From NCBI GenBank assembly GCA_002401685.1, contig NVTU01000005.1, positions 34 through 64,033 on the forward strand: a stretch of DNA of 64,000 nt. Reading direction: 5' to 3'. Source of the DNA: Kordiimonadales bacterium. GTDB taxonomy: Bacteria; Pseudomonadota; Alphaproteobacteria; Sphingomonadales; Kordiimonadaceae. Below the pieces are notes generated by a model. It worked only from the letters and a program-made list of their open reading frames with translations, did not search any database and was not told where the DNA came from. The translations under genes were made by a program, and so were the position numbers. This document shows positions 1 through 10,149 of the stretch, piece by piece; position 1 is the first letter of the stretch, and each line of letters begins with the position of its first letter.

Positions 1-2100
1 GGCCACGCCGTTGGCTTGTAGATATTCGCCAGCTGGGCTGTCTGGCTTGATCGCACCAGCCGGTGAGATATGGTCGGTGGTGATGCTGTGACCCAAAAGT
101 GCAAGCGGACGAGCACCTTTGATGTCAGTTGTGTCAGCGGGGCCCTCATCCATATTCTCGAAATAGGGTGGGTGCTGAATATACGTACTGTCCTCACTCC
201 AGTTGTAAGTCTTACCTTCTGAAATTGGAACAGCCTGCCATTCTTCGGTGCCTGTGAATACGTCAGCGTAGCGTTCAACGAACATTTCGCGGGTTAGGCT
301 GGCGGCGATTGCATCCTGTACTTCCTGGTTAGATGGCCACAAGTCTTTCAGGAATACGTCGTTTCCGTCTTTATCCTTGCCGAGTGCTTCAGTGGTGATA
401 TCCACTTTCAGCGATCCCGCAATGGCGTAGGCTACAACAAGTGGAGGAGATGCAAGGTAAGAGGCTTTCAGATCTTGGCTAACGCGGCCTTCAAAGTTAC
501 GGTTACCAGACAGCACACTTGCGCAGACTAGGTCGTTCTCGTTGATGGTTTTGGAAATCGGCGCCGCAAGCGGTCCAGAGTTACCAATACATGTGGTACA
601 GCCGTAGCCAACTAGGTTGAAGCCAAGCGCGTCAAGATGCTCGCTCAAGCCAGCTTTATCCAAATAGTCGGTTACAACTTGGCTGCCCGGTGCCAGAGAT
701 GTTTTTACCCAAGGCTTGCTGTTGAGACCAAGCGCGTTGGCTTTTTTGGCAACAAGGCCAGCTGCGATCAAAACACTAGGGTTTGACGTATTGGTACAGC
801 TGGTGATCGCCGCAATACAAACATCGCCGTGGTTTAGCGCATAGTCAGCGCCTTCAACTGCGTAGTCTGTAAGGTCATTTTCTTTGCCAGTTTTCGCGAG
901 CACTTCATTGATGAAGGCATCTTTCGCGCCGTCAAGGTCGACACGGTCTTGCGGGCGACTTGGGCCAGCAAGTGCAGCTTTAACTGTAGTGATATCAAGC
1001 TCAAGCGTTGTTGTGTACACGGGCTCAACGCTGTCCGCATCGCGCCACATGCCTTGTTCTTTGGCATAGGCTTCAACGAGGGCAACAGTTTCTTCGTCGC
1101 GGCCTGTGAATGTCATATAATCTAGCGTTGCTTTTGAAACCGGGAAGAAGCCACATGTTGCGCCGTACTCTGGCGCCATGTTGGCAATGGTTGCTTGGTC
1201 AGCAAGGGTGAGTTCATCAAGGCCGTTGCCGTAAAATTCCACAAATTTTCCAACCACGCCCAGTTCGCGCAGCATTTCAACGACGCGCAGCACAAGGTCA
1301 GTCGCGGTGATGCCCTCTTTCAGCTTGCCTGTCAGCTTGAAGCCAACGACGTCGGGGATCAGCATGGATACTGGCTGACCGAGCATGGCAGCTTCGGCTT
1401 CAATGCCGCCAACACCCCAACCAAGTACGGCAAGGCCGTTGATCATGGTGGTGTGGCTGTCAGTACCAACACATGTGTCCGGCATTGCAATGGTTTTGCC
1501 GTCTACTTCTTCGGTCCAGACTGTATCAGCGATATACTCGAGGTTCACCTGGTGGCAAATGCCGGTTCCCGGAGGGACGGCATTGAAATTATCAAAGCTC
1601 GATTGGCCCCATTTCAGGAACTGGTACCGCTCAGCATTGCGCTCCATTTCCAGGGCAACATTTTGCTTGAAGGCGTTTTTAGTACCAAATTTATCCACCA
1701 TAACAGAATGGTCGATCACCAGATCACACTGTGCAAGCGGGTTGATCAGCTCAGGGTCACCGCCCATTTTGACCATCGCGTCGCGCATGGCAGCCAAATC
1801 AACAACGGCTGGAACGCCGGTGAAATCCTGCATCAATACGCGGGCGGGACGATAAGCGATCTCGTGCGAGACACGTTGTTCTTTTTGCCAGTCTGAAAGC
1901 GCCTGAATATCGGCAGTGTTAACAGAAACACCGTCTTCATGGCGGAGGAGGTTCTCAAGCAGCACTTTAAGAGTATAGGGCAGGCGGGATACATCGCCGA
2001 TGCTGCTCTCGGCAGCTTTCAGGCTAAAATAATCATATTCTTTATCGCCAACGGTAAGTGTCCTGCGAGTTTTCAGTGTGTCTTGTCCAACAGTTGCCAT
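1..2100 (-). CDS. acnA: Aconitate hydratase A (3' end runs off the window start)
   Basis: Not in the ORF track because no stop lies in the window. Read manually from ATG at 2100: [15 protein letters not shown]...[14 protein letters not shown]...[22 protein letters not shown]; also contains [12 protein letters not shown] and [12 protein letters not shown] Fe-S motifs. Confidence 0.97.
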   Translation of the reverse strand, partial: MATVGQDTLKTRRTLTVGDKEYDYFSLKAAESSIGDVSRLPYTLKVLLENLLRHEDGVSVNTADIQALSDWQKEQRVSHEIAYRPARVLMQDFTGVPAVVDLAAMRDAMVKMGGDPELINPLAQCDLVIDHSVMVDKFGTKNAFKQNVALEMERNAERYQFLKWGQSSFDNFNAVPPGTGICHQVNLEYIADTVWTEEVDGKTIAMPDTCVGTDSHTTMINGLAVLGWGVGGIEAEAAMLGQPVSMLIPDVVGFKLTGKLKEGITATDLVLRVVEMLRELGVVGKFVEFYGNGLDELTLADQATIANMAPEYGATCGFFPVSKATLDYMTFTGRDEETVALVEAYAKEQGMWRDADSVEPVYTTTLELDITTVKAALAGPSRPQDRVDLDGAKDAFINEVLAKTGKENDLTDYAVEGADYALNHGDVCIAAITSCTNTSNPSVLIAAGLVAKKANALGLNSKPWVKTSLAPGSQVVTDYLDKAGLSEHLDALGFNLVGYGCTTCIGNSGPLAAPISKTINENDLVCASVLSGNRNFEGRVSQDLKASYLASPPLVVAYAIAGSLKVDITTEALGKDKDGNDVFLKDLWPSNQEVQDAIAASLTREMFVERYADVFTGTEEWQAVPISEGKTYNWSEDSTYIQHPPYFENMDEGPADTTDIKGARPLALLGHSITTDHISPAGAIKPDSPAGEYLQANGVA

Positions 2101-2324
2101 GAGATCAAGACCTCCATTTTAAGGGTTTAAAATATTCAAGCATGCGTTAGGGCACGTGAAGGCGCGGAAATTGAACGAAAACTGATATTATCCGAGCCAA
2201 ACTATCTTGCAAGCAAGAGTTTGATGAAATAATATACAGTCGGCCCGCTTTTCCCCCAGCTCGACAGAATTCCCTGCCGCCCGGGTTTCAAGCTTCATCT
2301 AACCCCTTTTTCGTCAGGACAGTC

Positions 2325-5108
2325 ATGAGTTTATATACAGAATACTTAAATGAGATCGAAACTCGAAAAAAACAGGGATTGAATCCAAAGCCTATTGAAG
2401 ATGGAGCGCTTGTAAAAGAGATCGTCTCGCAAATCAAAGATGTTGAAAACGAGCACAGAAAAGATTCGCTTAAGTTTTTCATATACAACACCTTGCCTGG
2501 CACAACCAACGCTGCGGGTGAAAAGGCCAAGTTTTTAAAGGATATTATACTTGGTAACTCTGTTGTCGATGAAATCTCGTTAAGCTTCGCCTTCGAGCTG
2601 CTGTCCCATATGAAAGGCGGTCCATCAGTTGACGTCCTTCTTGGTCTGGCGCTGGGTGATGATGCGGCTGTCGCTCAGCAAGCATCTGACGTCCTTAAAT
2701 CACAGGTTTTCCTTTACGAGGCAGATACTGAGCGCCTTGCAGTCGCTTATGTGGGTGGGAATGCAGTGGCCAAAGACATTTTGGAAAGTTACGCAAAAGC
2801 TGAATTTTTCACAAAACTTCCCGATATCGATGAAGAAATAAAGATCGTGACCTATATCATTGAAGTAGGTGATGCTTCCACTGATTTACTGTCTCCTGGT
2901 AACCAAGCTCACTCCAGGGCGGACCGTGAACTGCACGGAAAGTGCATGATCTCTGAAACGGCACAAGCTGAAATCCAAGAGCTGCAAAAACAACACCCGG
3001 ACAAGAGAGTGATGTTAGTAGCAGAAAAGGGAACGATGGGCGTTGGGTCTTCTAGGATGTCCGGTGTTAATAACGTTGCCTTATGGACTGGTAAACAAGC
3101 TAGCCCCTATGTTCCCTTCGTAAATATTGCCCCTATTGTTGGCGGGACAAATGGCATTTCTCCGATCTTTTTAACAACTGTCGGCGTTACTGGTGGGATT
3201 GGGATCGACCTGAAAAACTGGGTTAAAAAGGTAGATTCTAAAGGCCAACCGGTTTTGGACGGCAATGATGACCCAGTCCTTGAGCAAGCTTACTCTGTTG
3301 ATACAGGTACTGTTCTCACAATTAATACAAAGACGCAGAAGTTATATAATGAAACCGGCGATAAAGAGCTTGTTGATATTTCATCCTCATTGACCCCACA
3401 AAAAGTCGAGTTCATTAAGGCTAGCGGCTCTTACGCGATTGTTTTTGGTAAGAAGCTTCAAAGCTTCGCGGCCTCAACACTGGGCGCCGAAATGCCCCCT
3501 GTTTTTGCGGACTCTAAAGAAATCTCCCACGCGGGACAGGGCCTTACGGCCGTAGAGAAAATCTTCAATAAAAATGCCGTTGGGGTGACAGCGGACACTG
3601 TGTTGCATGCGGGTTCAGACGTGAGAGTGGAAGTGAATATTGTTGGCTCGCAAGACACCACTGGGCTGATGACATCTCAGGAACTAGAGGCAATGGCCGC
3701 TACAGTTATTTCCCCCACAGTCGATGGTGCTTACCAATCAGGCTGCCACACAGCCTCTGTCTGGGATGTGCGGGCACAGGAAAATATTCCCAAGCTTATG
3801 AGCTTTATGAATAAATTTGGCCTCGTCACCGCGAGAGACCCAAAGGGCGTATACCATGCCATGACGGATGTAATTCATAAGGTTTTGAATGACATTACGG
3901 TTGACGATTGGGCAGTTATTATTGGTGGTGATAGCCACACCAGAATGTCTAAAGGTGTCGCTTTTGGGGCTGATTCTGGGACAGTTGCACTTGCTCTGGC
4001 AACAGGTGAAGCGACGATGCCTATCCCTGAATCTGTTAAAGTCACTTTCAAAGGAAGCATGAAGGACCATATGGACTTCCGTGATGTGGTGCACGCTACT
4101 CAGGCTCAGATGTTGAAGGAATTTGGGGATAATGTCTTCCAGGGCAGAGTTATTGAGGTTCACCTTGGTACCCTGATCGCCGACCAAGCGTTTACCTTTA
4201 CTGACTGGTCCGCAGAAATGAAGGCAAAAGCTTCAATCTGTATTTCTGAAGATGCAACATTGATTGAATCACTTGAGATTGCCAAGAGCAGAATTCAGAT
4301 CATGATTGATAAAGGTATGGAGAATAAAACCGAAACGCTTCAAGGCCTTATCGACATCGCTGACAGAAGAATTGAAGAAATCAAATCTGGTGAGAAGCCG
4401 GCGTTGGTACCAGACGGCAATGCTAAATACTTTGCAGAATTTGTTGTGGATTTGGACCAAATAGCTGAGCCTATGATTGCAGACCCAGATGTGAACAATG
4501 TGGATGTATCCAAGCGGTACACCCACGATACAATCAGGCCGATTTCCTACTACAAGGGTGAGAAAAAAGTAGACTTGGGCTTTGTCGGTTCCTGTATGGT
4601 TCACAAAGGCGATTTGAAAATTGTCGCTCAAATGCTCAAGAATTTGGAAAAGCAGGGCAATAAGGTCGAATTTAAAGCGCCACTCGTGATCGCGCCACCA
4701 ACCTATAACATCGTTGACGAGTTAAAGGCAGAAGGCGACTGGGCCGTGCTGCAGAAGTATGCAGGTTTTGAATTTGATGATAATGCACCTAAAAACAATG
4801 CCCGCACTCAATATGAAAATATCATGTATCTAGAGCGACCTGGCTGTAACCTATGTATGGGTAACCAGGAAAAAGCTGGCAAAGGCGATACTGTTTTAGC
4901 GACGTCTACGCGCTTGTTTAAAGGCAGAGTTGTTGAAGACTCTGACGAGAAAAAGGGTGAATCTTTGCTGGCTTCAACGCCAGTTGTGGTTCTTTCCACG
5001 ATCCTCGGTCGCACGCCTAGTATAGAAGAATATAAATCCGCAGTGGAGGGTATTAACCTCACTAAGTTCGCCCCACCGCTCGGAAAACCAGCTGTAAGCC
5101 ATAACTAG
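2325..5108 (+). CDS. acnB: Bifunctional aconitate hydratase 2 / 2-methylisocitrate dehydratase (long AcnB form, 927 aa)
   Basis: GVGSSRMS, GSQDTTG, YQSGCHT, GGDSHTRMS, GFVGSCMVH and RPGCNLCMGNQ motifs typical of AcnB. Confidence 0.95.
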   Translation: MSLYTEYLNEIETRKKQGLNPKPIEDGALVKEIVSQIKDVENEHRKDSLKFFIYNTLPGTTNAAGEKAKFLKDIILGNSVVDEISLSFAFELLSHMKGGPSVDVLLGLALGDDAAVAQQASDVLKSQVFLYEADTERLAVAYVGGNAVAKDILESYAKAEFFTKLPDIDEEIKIVTYIIEVGDASTDLLSPGNQAHSRADRELHGKCMISETAQAEIQELQKQHPDKRVMLVAEKGTMGVGSSRMSGVNNVALWTGKQASPYVPFVNIAPIVGGTNGISPIFLTTVGVTGGIGIDLKNWVKKVDSKGQPVLDGNDDPVLEQAYSVDTGTVLTINTKTQKLYNETGDKELVDISSSLTPQKVEFIKASGSYAIVFGKKLQSFAASTLGAEMPPVFADSKEISHAGQGLTAVEKIFNKNAVGVTADTVLHAGSDVRVEVNIVGSQDTTGLMTSQELEAMAATVISPTVDGAYQSGCHTASVWDVRAQENIPKLMSFMNKFGLVTARDPKGVYHAMTDVIHKVLNDITVDDWAVIIGGDSHTRMSKGVAFGADSGTVALALATGEATMPIPESVKVTFKGSMKDHMDFRDVVHATQAQMLKEFGDNVFQGRVIEVHLGTLIADQAFTFTDWSAEMKAKASICISEDATLIESLEIAKSRIQIMIDKGMENKTETLQGLIDIADRRIEEIKSGEKPALVPDGNAKYFAEFVVDLDQIAEPMIADPDVNNVDVSKRYTHDTIRPISYYKGEKKVDLGFVGSCMVHKGDLKIVAQMLKNLEKQGNKVEFKAPLVIAPPTYNIVDELKAEGDWAVLQKYAGFEFDDNAPKNNARTQYENIMYLERPGCNLCMGNQEKAGKGDTVLATSTRLFKGRVVEDSDEKKGESLLASTPVVVLSTILGRTPSIEEYKSAVEGINLTKFAPPLGKPAVSHN

Positions 5109-5176
5109 TTTCTTGTTAGGGATAGGCTTTGGTACCCCTTGGATTGCCGTGGTTTTTAAATAATTATGCAGCGCGT

Positions 5177-5368
5177 TTAGCGCGCTGCTGGGAAAGCTTC
5201 TAATCTTATAGAAATGCCACCTTCGAGCCGTTTCAGGTATTTGAGAAGAGCTTGAAGAGTGTAAGTCAGATGGGATACATCGCGCGATTGCACTTTGCCT
5301 GCTATCTGGCAGAAATAGTCGTATTCTCTGCCAGCAGTTGTAAGCGTGCCTTCTCCAACCGATGCCAT
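5177..5368 (-). pseudogene. Degenerate copy of the acnA 5' end (63 codons)
   Basis: MASVGEG-TLTTAGREYDYFCQIAGKVQSRDVSHLTYTLQALLKYLKRLEGGISI aligns with AcnA MATVGQD...[47 protein letters not shown]. Upstream DNA 5369-5400 also resembles 2101-2130. Confidence 0.85.
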
Positions 5369-5589
5369 GAGACCAGGATCTCTACTCTGAGGGGTTTAAG
5401 ATAGTTTGGCGCGGGATTTGGGGATACAGGCTGCCTAGCGTTAAAAATATTGATAAACGCAGGCATCTTATAACGGAAATAGATGAAACCTGCAGTAATC
5501 TTACCTCAGTTATTCCGCAGGCCTGCCTTATTTCATAGTCATGTTACTTAGGCCGATAAAGCTAAAAGCCAGAAACATGGGCGGAAAAA

Positions 5590-5697
5590 ATGACGGACTA
5601 TACGACAGTGGAATTGATGACGATGCTATTGCTTGTGGGTGTCACCGTTTTTGGTGTGGCCTATAGTTACAAGCAGGCAGGAAAAGGGCTGCTGTAG
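5590..5697 (+). CDS. Putative 35-aa small membrane protein
   Basis: MTDYTTVELMTMLLLVGVTVFGVAYSYKQAGKGLL*: one hydrophobic helix, GGA just upstream, hairpin downstream. Below the ORF-track cutoff. Confidence 0.5.
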   Translation: MTDYTTVELMTMLLLVGVTVFGVAYSYKQAGKGLL

Positions 5698-5773
5698 GAT
5701 ACTGTTTTGATTGCACAGTTGTGCGCAGATGACCCGCTACCGCTTTTAGGCTGAGCCACACTGCTCAGGCTGG

Positions 5774-5818
5774 AAAATGGCTGCATCCACATACATCAGC
5801 ATGCTATGCAGCCATTTT
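5774..5818. terminator. Bidirectional intrinsic terminator-like inverted repeat
   Basis: AAAATGGCTGCAT...ATGCAGCCATTTT between convergent genes. Confidence 0.65.
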
Positions 5819-5825
5819 ATTATTT

Positions 5826-6995
5826 TTAGTGGCCAGCCAAAGCGTTCCACTTTGGTAACAGAACAATCACATTGGGGTTAAGCCCTGCATCAGAGAAGGT
5901 GGTGATGGTTTTGATGACTTCCTCGGTCGCGAGATCCACTATATGGACCAGCCCCGAACTCATGCCGGGCAGGTTCAGGAAGCTGTTCTGCACAACCGCA
6001 TATTGGCCGTCTTTATCGAAGGCCACATGGTGAGCCCCTTCACCGACTTCGAGTGTTTTCATGTGTATTGGTTTCCCAGGGTCTCCGCTGATATCGAAAA
6101 TATGAAGCCTGCCTGGATTGGCTGAGGTGACAAACATTTTGCTTGCATCGTCACTGTAATAAATTTCCAGCGGGACACCCACTTTTTCAGACGCCATGAA
6201 ATCATATACTTGCGCGGTATCAAAAGCGCCGGTTTCAGCGTTCCAGGTTGCGGTCCACAGCGTATTGCCAAACATATTGGTGATATAGGCGGTTGGCACT
6301 TTGGCGCCTGGCACAAAAAGGACCTCGACCGGCGCTTCGCCAGACGGGGATGCTTTGTTCGACAGTTTGATATGGTCTAAAACTTCGAACGTCGTTGCAT
6401 CGACAACTGTGATGCGTTCGTCGGGTGTCGACAGGTCACCGCTGACGGTGCTGGTTATCAAAATCCTGTTGATGGCCGTATTAACGGCTAATCCGTGCGG
6501 ATAGGTGCCGGGTACTTTTATTTCACCGATAATGGCGTCGGTGGCCACATCGCCTACAATTACATTGGCGCTATCCATGCAGGTCAAAAACCAGCGTTTG
6601 TTGGCTTCATCGAAAACCACATCTTCGCCCATGGAGCAGTCAACATTGATGGTTTTCACTGCGTAGGGTGAGCTTTTCATATCCATGATGCGCAGCTCTT
6701 TTTTACCCAACGCGGTGATATAGGCCTTGGCCATGGTGCGGTCATAAAAAATATGATGGGCTGTCAGGTCATTTGGCAGCGGCATGTCCCACAGAATTTT
6801 CCCAAAATTGGCCGAGTTTGGGTCGACATCCATAATGGCAATGCCTTCGCGGCGTTCTTGTGGCCCGCCCAACTTCAATGATTTGAGGCTGTCAGGGCTC
6901 TTGCTCTCATAGCTAAACATGGCAAGAATGTCAGCGTTCGCGGCACCTGTTAGCCCACATATCAAAGCCGCAGCAGCACAGAGTAATTTCAACAT
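5826..6995 (-). CDS. Secreted YncE-like beta-propeller protein with SBP56/methanethiol-oxidase-like N-terminal motif
   Basis: Sec signal (ANA|DIL), repeated propeller blades (YPHGLAVN, GAHHVAFD), and IMDVDPNSANFGKILWDMPLPNDLTAHH resembling the SELENBP1 VDVDPKS...PMPN..DELHH motif. Confidence 0.7.
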   Translation of the reverse strand: MLKLLCAAAALICGLTGAANADILAMFSYESKSPDSLKSLKLGGPQERREGIAIMDVDPNSANFGKILWDMPLPNDLTAHHIFYDRTMAKAYITALGKKELRIMDMKSSPYAVKTINVDCSMGEDVVFDEANKRWFLTCMDSANVIVGDVATDAIIGEIKVPGTYPHGLAVNTAINRILITSTVSGDLSTPDERITVVDATTFEVLDHIKLSNKASPSGEAPVEVLFVPGAKVPTAYITNMFGNTLWTATWNAETGAFDTAQVYDFMASEKVGVPLEIYYSDDASKMFVTSANPGRLHIFDISGDPGKPIHMKTLEVGEGAHHVAFDKDGQYAVVQNSFLNLPGMSSGLVHIVDLATEEVIKTITTFSDAGLNPNVIVLLPKWNALAGH

Positions 6996-7072
6996 TTTCT
7001 GTAATCCCCTAATTTTCCCCGATAAAGCGCCGGACTATTATTGCCTTCGCTCACCCAAAAAACTCCGAACTA

Positions 7073-8596
7073 TTGAAAATATTTACCACAAAGCCCCGAT
7101 TGTATGGCATGTTTTTTCGTATGAGGGGAACAGGGAGTATTGTAGCCGGGTTGCGGCGCACCGGAGCTATGTTCATTGCATGCCTTTTTGGCACGCAGGC
7201 ACTGAGCGCGCACGCTTTTGGAGTGCGGTACCAGCTGGATGTGCCTCTCTATTATTACGTCCTTGGCGCAGGGCTAACTGTTGGTTTGTCGTTCGTTATT
7301 GCAGCGCTATTTCTCAAAAAAAGTGCGACCCCATCGGCACCAATTCGGCTGAAGCTACTTGACCTTGACGGTGCGTATGGCTGGGTTGTCAGTGGAGCGC
7401 GCTGGCTCTGTGGCCTGGTGGGTGTAGCCGTTTTCTTTATCATTTTGACGGCCGGTTTCGCCGGCGAGCAAAGCCCGACACGCAATATTGCGCCTGTTTT
7501 TGTTTGGTCTATCTGGTGGGTTGGCATGGTGTATGTGCAGGCACTGGTCGGTGATGTCTGGCGGCTAGTAAACCCATGGCGTTTGGTTTTCGATGCGGTG
7601 GTTGCGACGCTAAAACTTGGCCCTTTTACTGGGCGCCTTACATACCCAGTTGTGTTGTCGCGCTGGCCTGCAGTTGCTTTTTTCTGGCTGTTCGCTTGGT
7701 TAGAACAAGTCGCGCCATTTGCTGAGGTGCCGTCGTCGCTTGCACTCCTTATTCTGGTATATTCGGCAATTGTCTGGGTGGGCATGTTTCTATTTGGCCG
7801 CGATGTCTGGCTAGATCGCGCTGAGATATTCAGTATCTTGTTCGGGTTTTTAGCGCGCATTGCACCGACTAAAATAGAAGACGGAAAGCTTTGGCTCAGG
7901 CCGCTTGGTGTTGGTCTTGCGTCCGCAACGCCGCTCAGTCGCGCCAGCACGGTTCTGTTGTTATTGCTACTAGCAACGGTCACGTTTGATGGCTTTCGAG
8001 ATACCCAGGTTTGGGCTGATTTGATCGAGTGGGCACTCACTCGGAGTTGGTTGTTTGCGCCTCTGTTTTGGGTTCAACAACAGAACATAGATCTGCGGTT
8101 GTTTTTCGAAAGTGTTGGTTTGTTGGTGGTGCCGCTGTTCTTTTTTGTCAGTTACGGGGTGATTGCAAAACTCTCAGCGCTATTGTCTGACGGCAGCTAT
8201 AATACACGCTCCTTTTCTGGCCAATTTGTGATGGCCCTGTTGCCGATTAGTTTGGCCTATCACATCGCCCACTATTTGGCGTTTTTGCTACTTGCCGGAC
8301 AATTGGCAATTCCGCTTGCCTCTGACCCTTTTCATGTGGGCTGGGATTTGTTCGGCACGCTTGGCTATCGTATGGATGTCGGCATAATCGGGATTGGCAC
8401 GGTTTGGTGGGTATCGATGGCAGCGGTGGTTATCGGTCATATGTATGCAGTTTATACTGCCCATGTGATGGCAGTGGCATCGGCTAAAAGTCACGGGCGC
8501 GCGCTGTTTAGCCAACTCCCCCTGATCGTTTTGATGGTGTGTTACACCATGGCAAGCTTATGGATTCTGGCGCAGCCGATTGTGCAATCTGATTAG
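7073..8596 (+). CDS. Polytopic membrane protein (family often labelled 'fenitrothion hydrolase'); start uncertain
   Basis: About 10 hydrophobic segments; SAHAFGVRYQL..PL..Y N-terminus; WWVG, NPW, LPISLAYHIAHY, SDPF..GWDLFGT and GH..AV..AH motifs. Confidence 0.65.
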   Translation: MKIFTTKPRLYGMFFRMRGTGSIVAGLRRTGAMFIACLFGTQALSAHAFGVRYQLDVPLYYYVLGAGLTVGLSFVIAALFLKKSATPSAPIRLKLLDLDGAYGWVVSGARWLCGLVGVAVFFIILTAGFAGEQSPTRNIAPVFVWSIWWVGMVYVQALVGDVWRLVNPWRLVFDAVVATLKLGPFTGRLTYPVVLSRWPAVAFFWLFAWLEQVAPFAEVPSSLALLILVYSAIVWVGMFLFGRDVWLDRAEIFSILFGFLARIAPTKIEDGKLWLRPLGVGLASATPLSRASTVLLLLLLATVTFDGFRDTQVWADLIEWALTRSWLFAPLFWVQQQNIDLRLFFESVGLLVVPLFFFVSYGVIAKLSALLSDGSYNTRSFSGQFVMALLPISLAYHIAHYLAFLLLAGQLAIPLASDPFHVGWDLFGTLGYRMDVGIIGIGTVWWVSMAAVVIGHMYAVYTAHVMAVASAKSHGRALFSQLPLIVLMVCYTMASLWILAQPIVQSD

Positions 8597-8607
8597 GGAG
8601 AAATGAG

Positions 8608-8970
8608 ATGACTAAATGGATGATGATCTTCGCCGTGGTGATGGGGGCAGGTGCAGCGTTAGCACAGACAGCTCAAATACCTGATTTTTCGGATCGGGCG
8701 AAAAAAGGGCAGGCGCTTTTCCTAACCAATTGCTCAGTCTGCCACGGTGACACCGCGCTTGGGACAGACAGCGGTCCGCCCCTTATCCACTTTTTTTACC
8801 GTCCCGGCCATCATGATGATAATGCCATCCGCTCAGCTGTGAAAAACGGTGTTGAAGCCCATCACTGGGAGTACGGTGATATGCCACCAGTAACCGGTAT
8901 TAGTGATGCAGAAAGAACGTCGCTTGTTGCATTTATCCGCGAATTGCAACGCGCGAATGGGATAAAATAG
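8608..8970 (+). CDS. Periplasmic monoheme cytochrome c, His-rich
   Basis: Signal peptide, CSVCH heme motif, GPPL..FYRPGHHDD and AHHWEYGDMPPV (Met distal ligand); GGGAG RBS. Confidence 0.9.
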   Translation: MTKWMMIFAVVMGAGAALAQTAQIPDFSDRAKKGQALFLTNCSVCHGDTALGTDSGPPLIHFFYRPGHHDDNAIRSAVKNGVEAHHWEYGDMPPVTGISDAERTSLVAFIRELQRANGIK

Positions 8971-8973
8971 CGC

Positions 8974-9240
8974 TTAACCTGGCACGCTTGCTTTAATTGC
9001 TAATGCATGAATTTTGCCTGCGAGCTCTTCTTTCAGCGCGCCCATAACAAGCCTTTGCATTGCAACGCGGTTTTGCCCGATGAAGGCGTCTGATTGAATT
9101 GTAACGGTGAAATGGCTTTCTCCTGAGCCATCATGCCCAGCGTGGCCGCGGTGGCTTTCGCTGTCGTCGGTAATCTCCAAAAAACTAGGCTTCAGCGCCG
9201 CGGTTAATTTTTTTTCGATCAGTTTCGTGATGTTTCCCAT
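8974..9240 (-). CDS. bolA: BolA family protein
   Basis: DDSESHRGH, GESHF, F.GQNRV..QRLV, IHAL motifs. Confidence 0.93.
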   Translation of the reverse strand: MGNITKLIEKKLTAALKPSFLEITDDSESHRGHAGHDGSGESHFTVTIQSDAFIGQNRVAMQRLVMGALKEELAGKIHALAIKASVPG

Positions 9241-9255
9241 AACTTAGTGGGCTTT

Positions 9256-10149
9256 CTACGTATTGGTTGCGGGCTCAGTTTTCAAAAGGTGGTTTACCCA
9301 AATAACGTCTTCCCCGGATATTAGAAAATCCGATGGGATTTTACTAGCGACATTAAAAAAGCTCATGCTTGATCCGCTCCATGGCATAAGCCAATCATCC
9401 AGTTCCAGGAAAAGCACGCTCGTTCGTTTTAGCCATTCAGCATTATTTGCAAATACCGCATTTTGACTGCCCTCAATATCAAGTTTAACGATAAATGTGG
9501 CCGATGACTGGCTGTATGCAGCCAACAAACTATCGATAGAATAACCTTTTAGGCCCTCAGTATCTGACTGTGTTACTTGGAATGCGGTGTCTCCAACATC
9601 GAGGTTTTTGATGTGAAGGAAAGTTTCGCTATGCCAAATTCCACCTAGGACCGGCTTAATTTGGGACCCCAGAGCTTGCGTGTTTTTGACCAACATTTCA
9701 TAATTTGTGTCACTGGGCTCAACCGCAATGATCATGGCTTTGGGATACATTTGCGCGAAAAACCGCGCTGAAAGCCCAATATTTGCGCCGCCATCAATAA
9801 TGACAGGTGTTTCGCCTTGGGCGATCAAGCTGTTATATTTTTGCATTAGTTTATCGGTATGTGGGAATTCGGCTAGGCTGTATTGTGGCTTGACGAATAT
9901 TTGCCAAAATATACTTCTGTCACTCAACCTATCCCGCAAATAGATCGGGTGAGGATAGTCAGATAGATGAATTTTTAACAATCGGTCGGAGGATCTTTTG
10001 CCCCGCCCTTCCACTTTCAATAACAGTAGGCTGCCGCGCCAAAATCCAAAAGCTTTCCAATAATTGGGAGCCCTGAATATAATTTTTATCAATAGTTGAA
10101 CCACCCGACACCCCTTTAGTTCAAAAACTAGCAAAGTTTTATATAACAA
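9256..10149 (-). CDS. FkbM family SAM-dependent methyltransferase; start uncertain
   Basis: IIDGGANIG, AVEP and VKLDIEGS motifs; AT-richer than its neighbours. Confidence 0.88.
   Translation of the reverse strand: MLYKTLLVFELKGCRVVQLLIKIIFRAPNYWKAFGFWRGSLLLLKVEGRGKRSSDRLLKIHLSDYPHPIYLRDRLSDRSIFWQIFVKPQYSLAEFPHTDKLMQKYNSLIAQGETPVIIDGGANIGLSARFFAQMYPKAMIIAVEPSDTNYEMLVKNTQALGSQIKPVLGGIWHSETFLHIKNLDVGDTAFQVTQSDTEGLKGYSIDSLLAAYSQSSATFIVKLDIEGSQNAVFANNAEWLKRTSVLFLELDDWLMPWSGSSMSFFNVASKIPSDFLISGEDVIWVNHLLKTEPATNT

Noticed and set aside
1195-1896. 233-aa plus-strand ORF and other short ORFs within 834-2130
   Set aside because: Antisense or alternative-frame shadows of acnA, which the track missed because its stop lies outside the window.
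7255-8040. 261-aa minus-strand ORF
   Set aside because: Antisense to the membrane protein gene; Thr/Ser/Arg-biased shadow composition.
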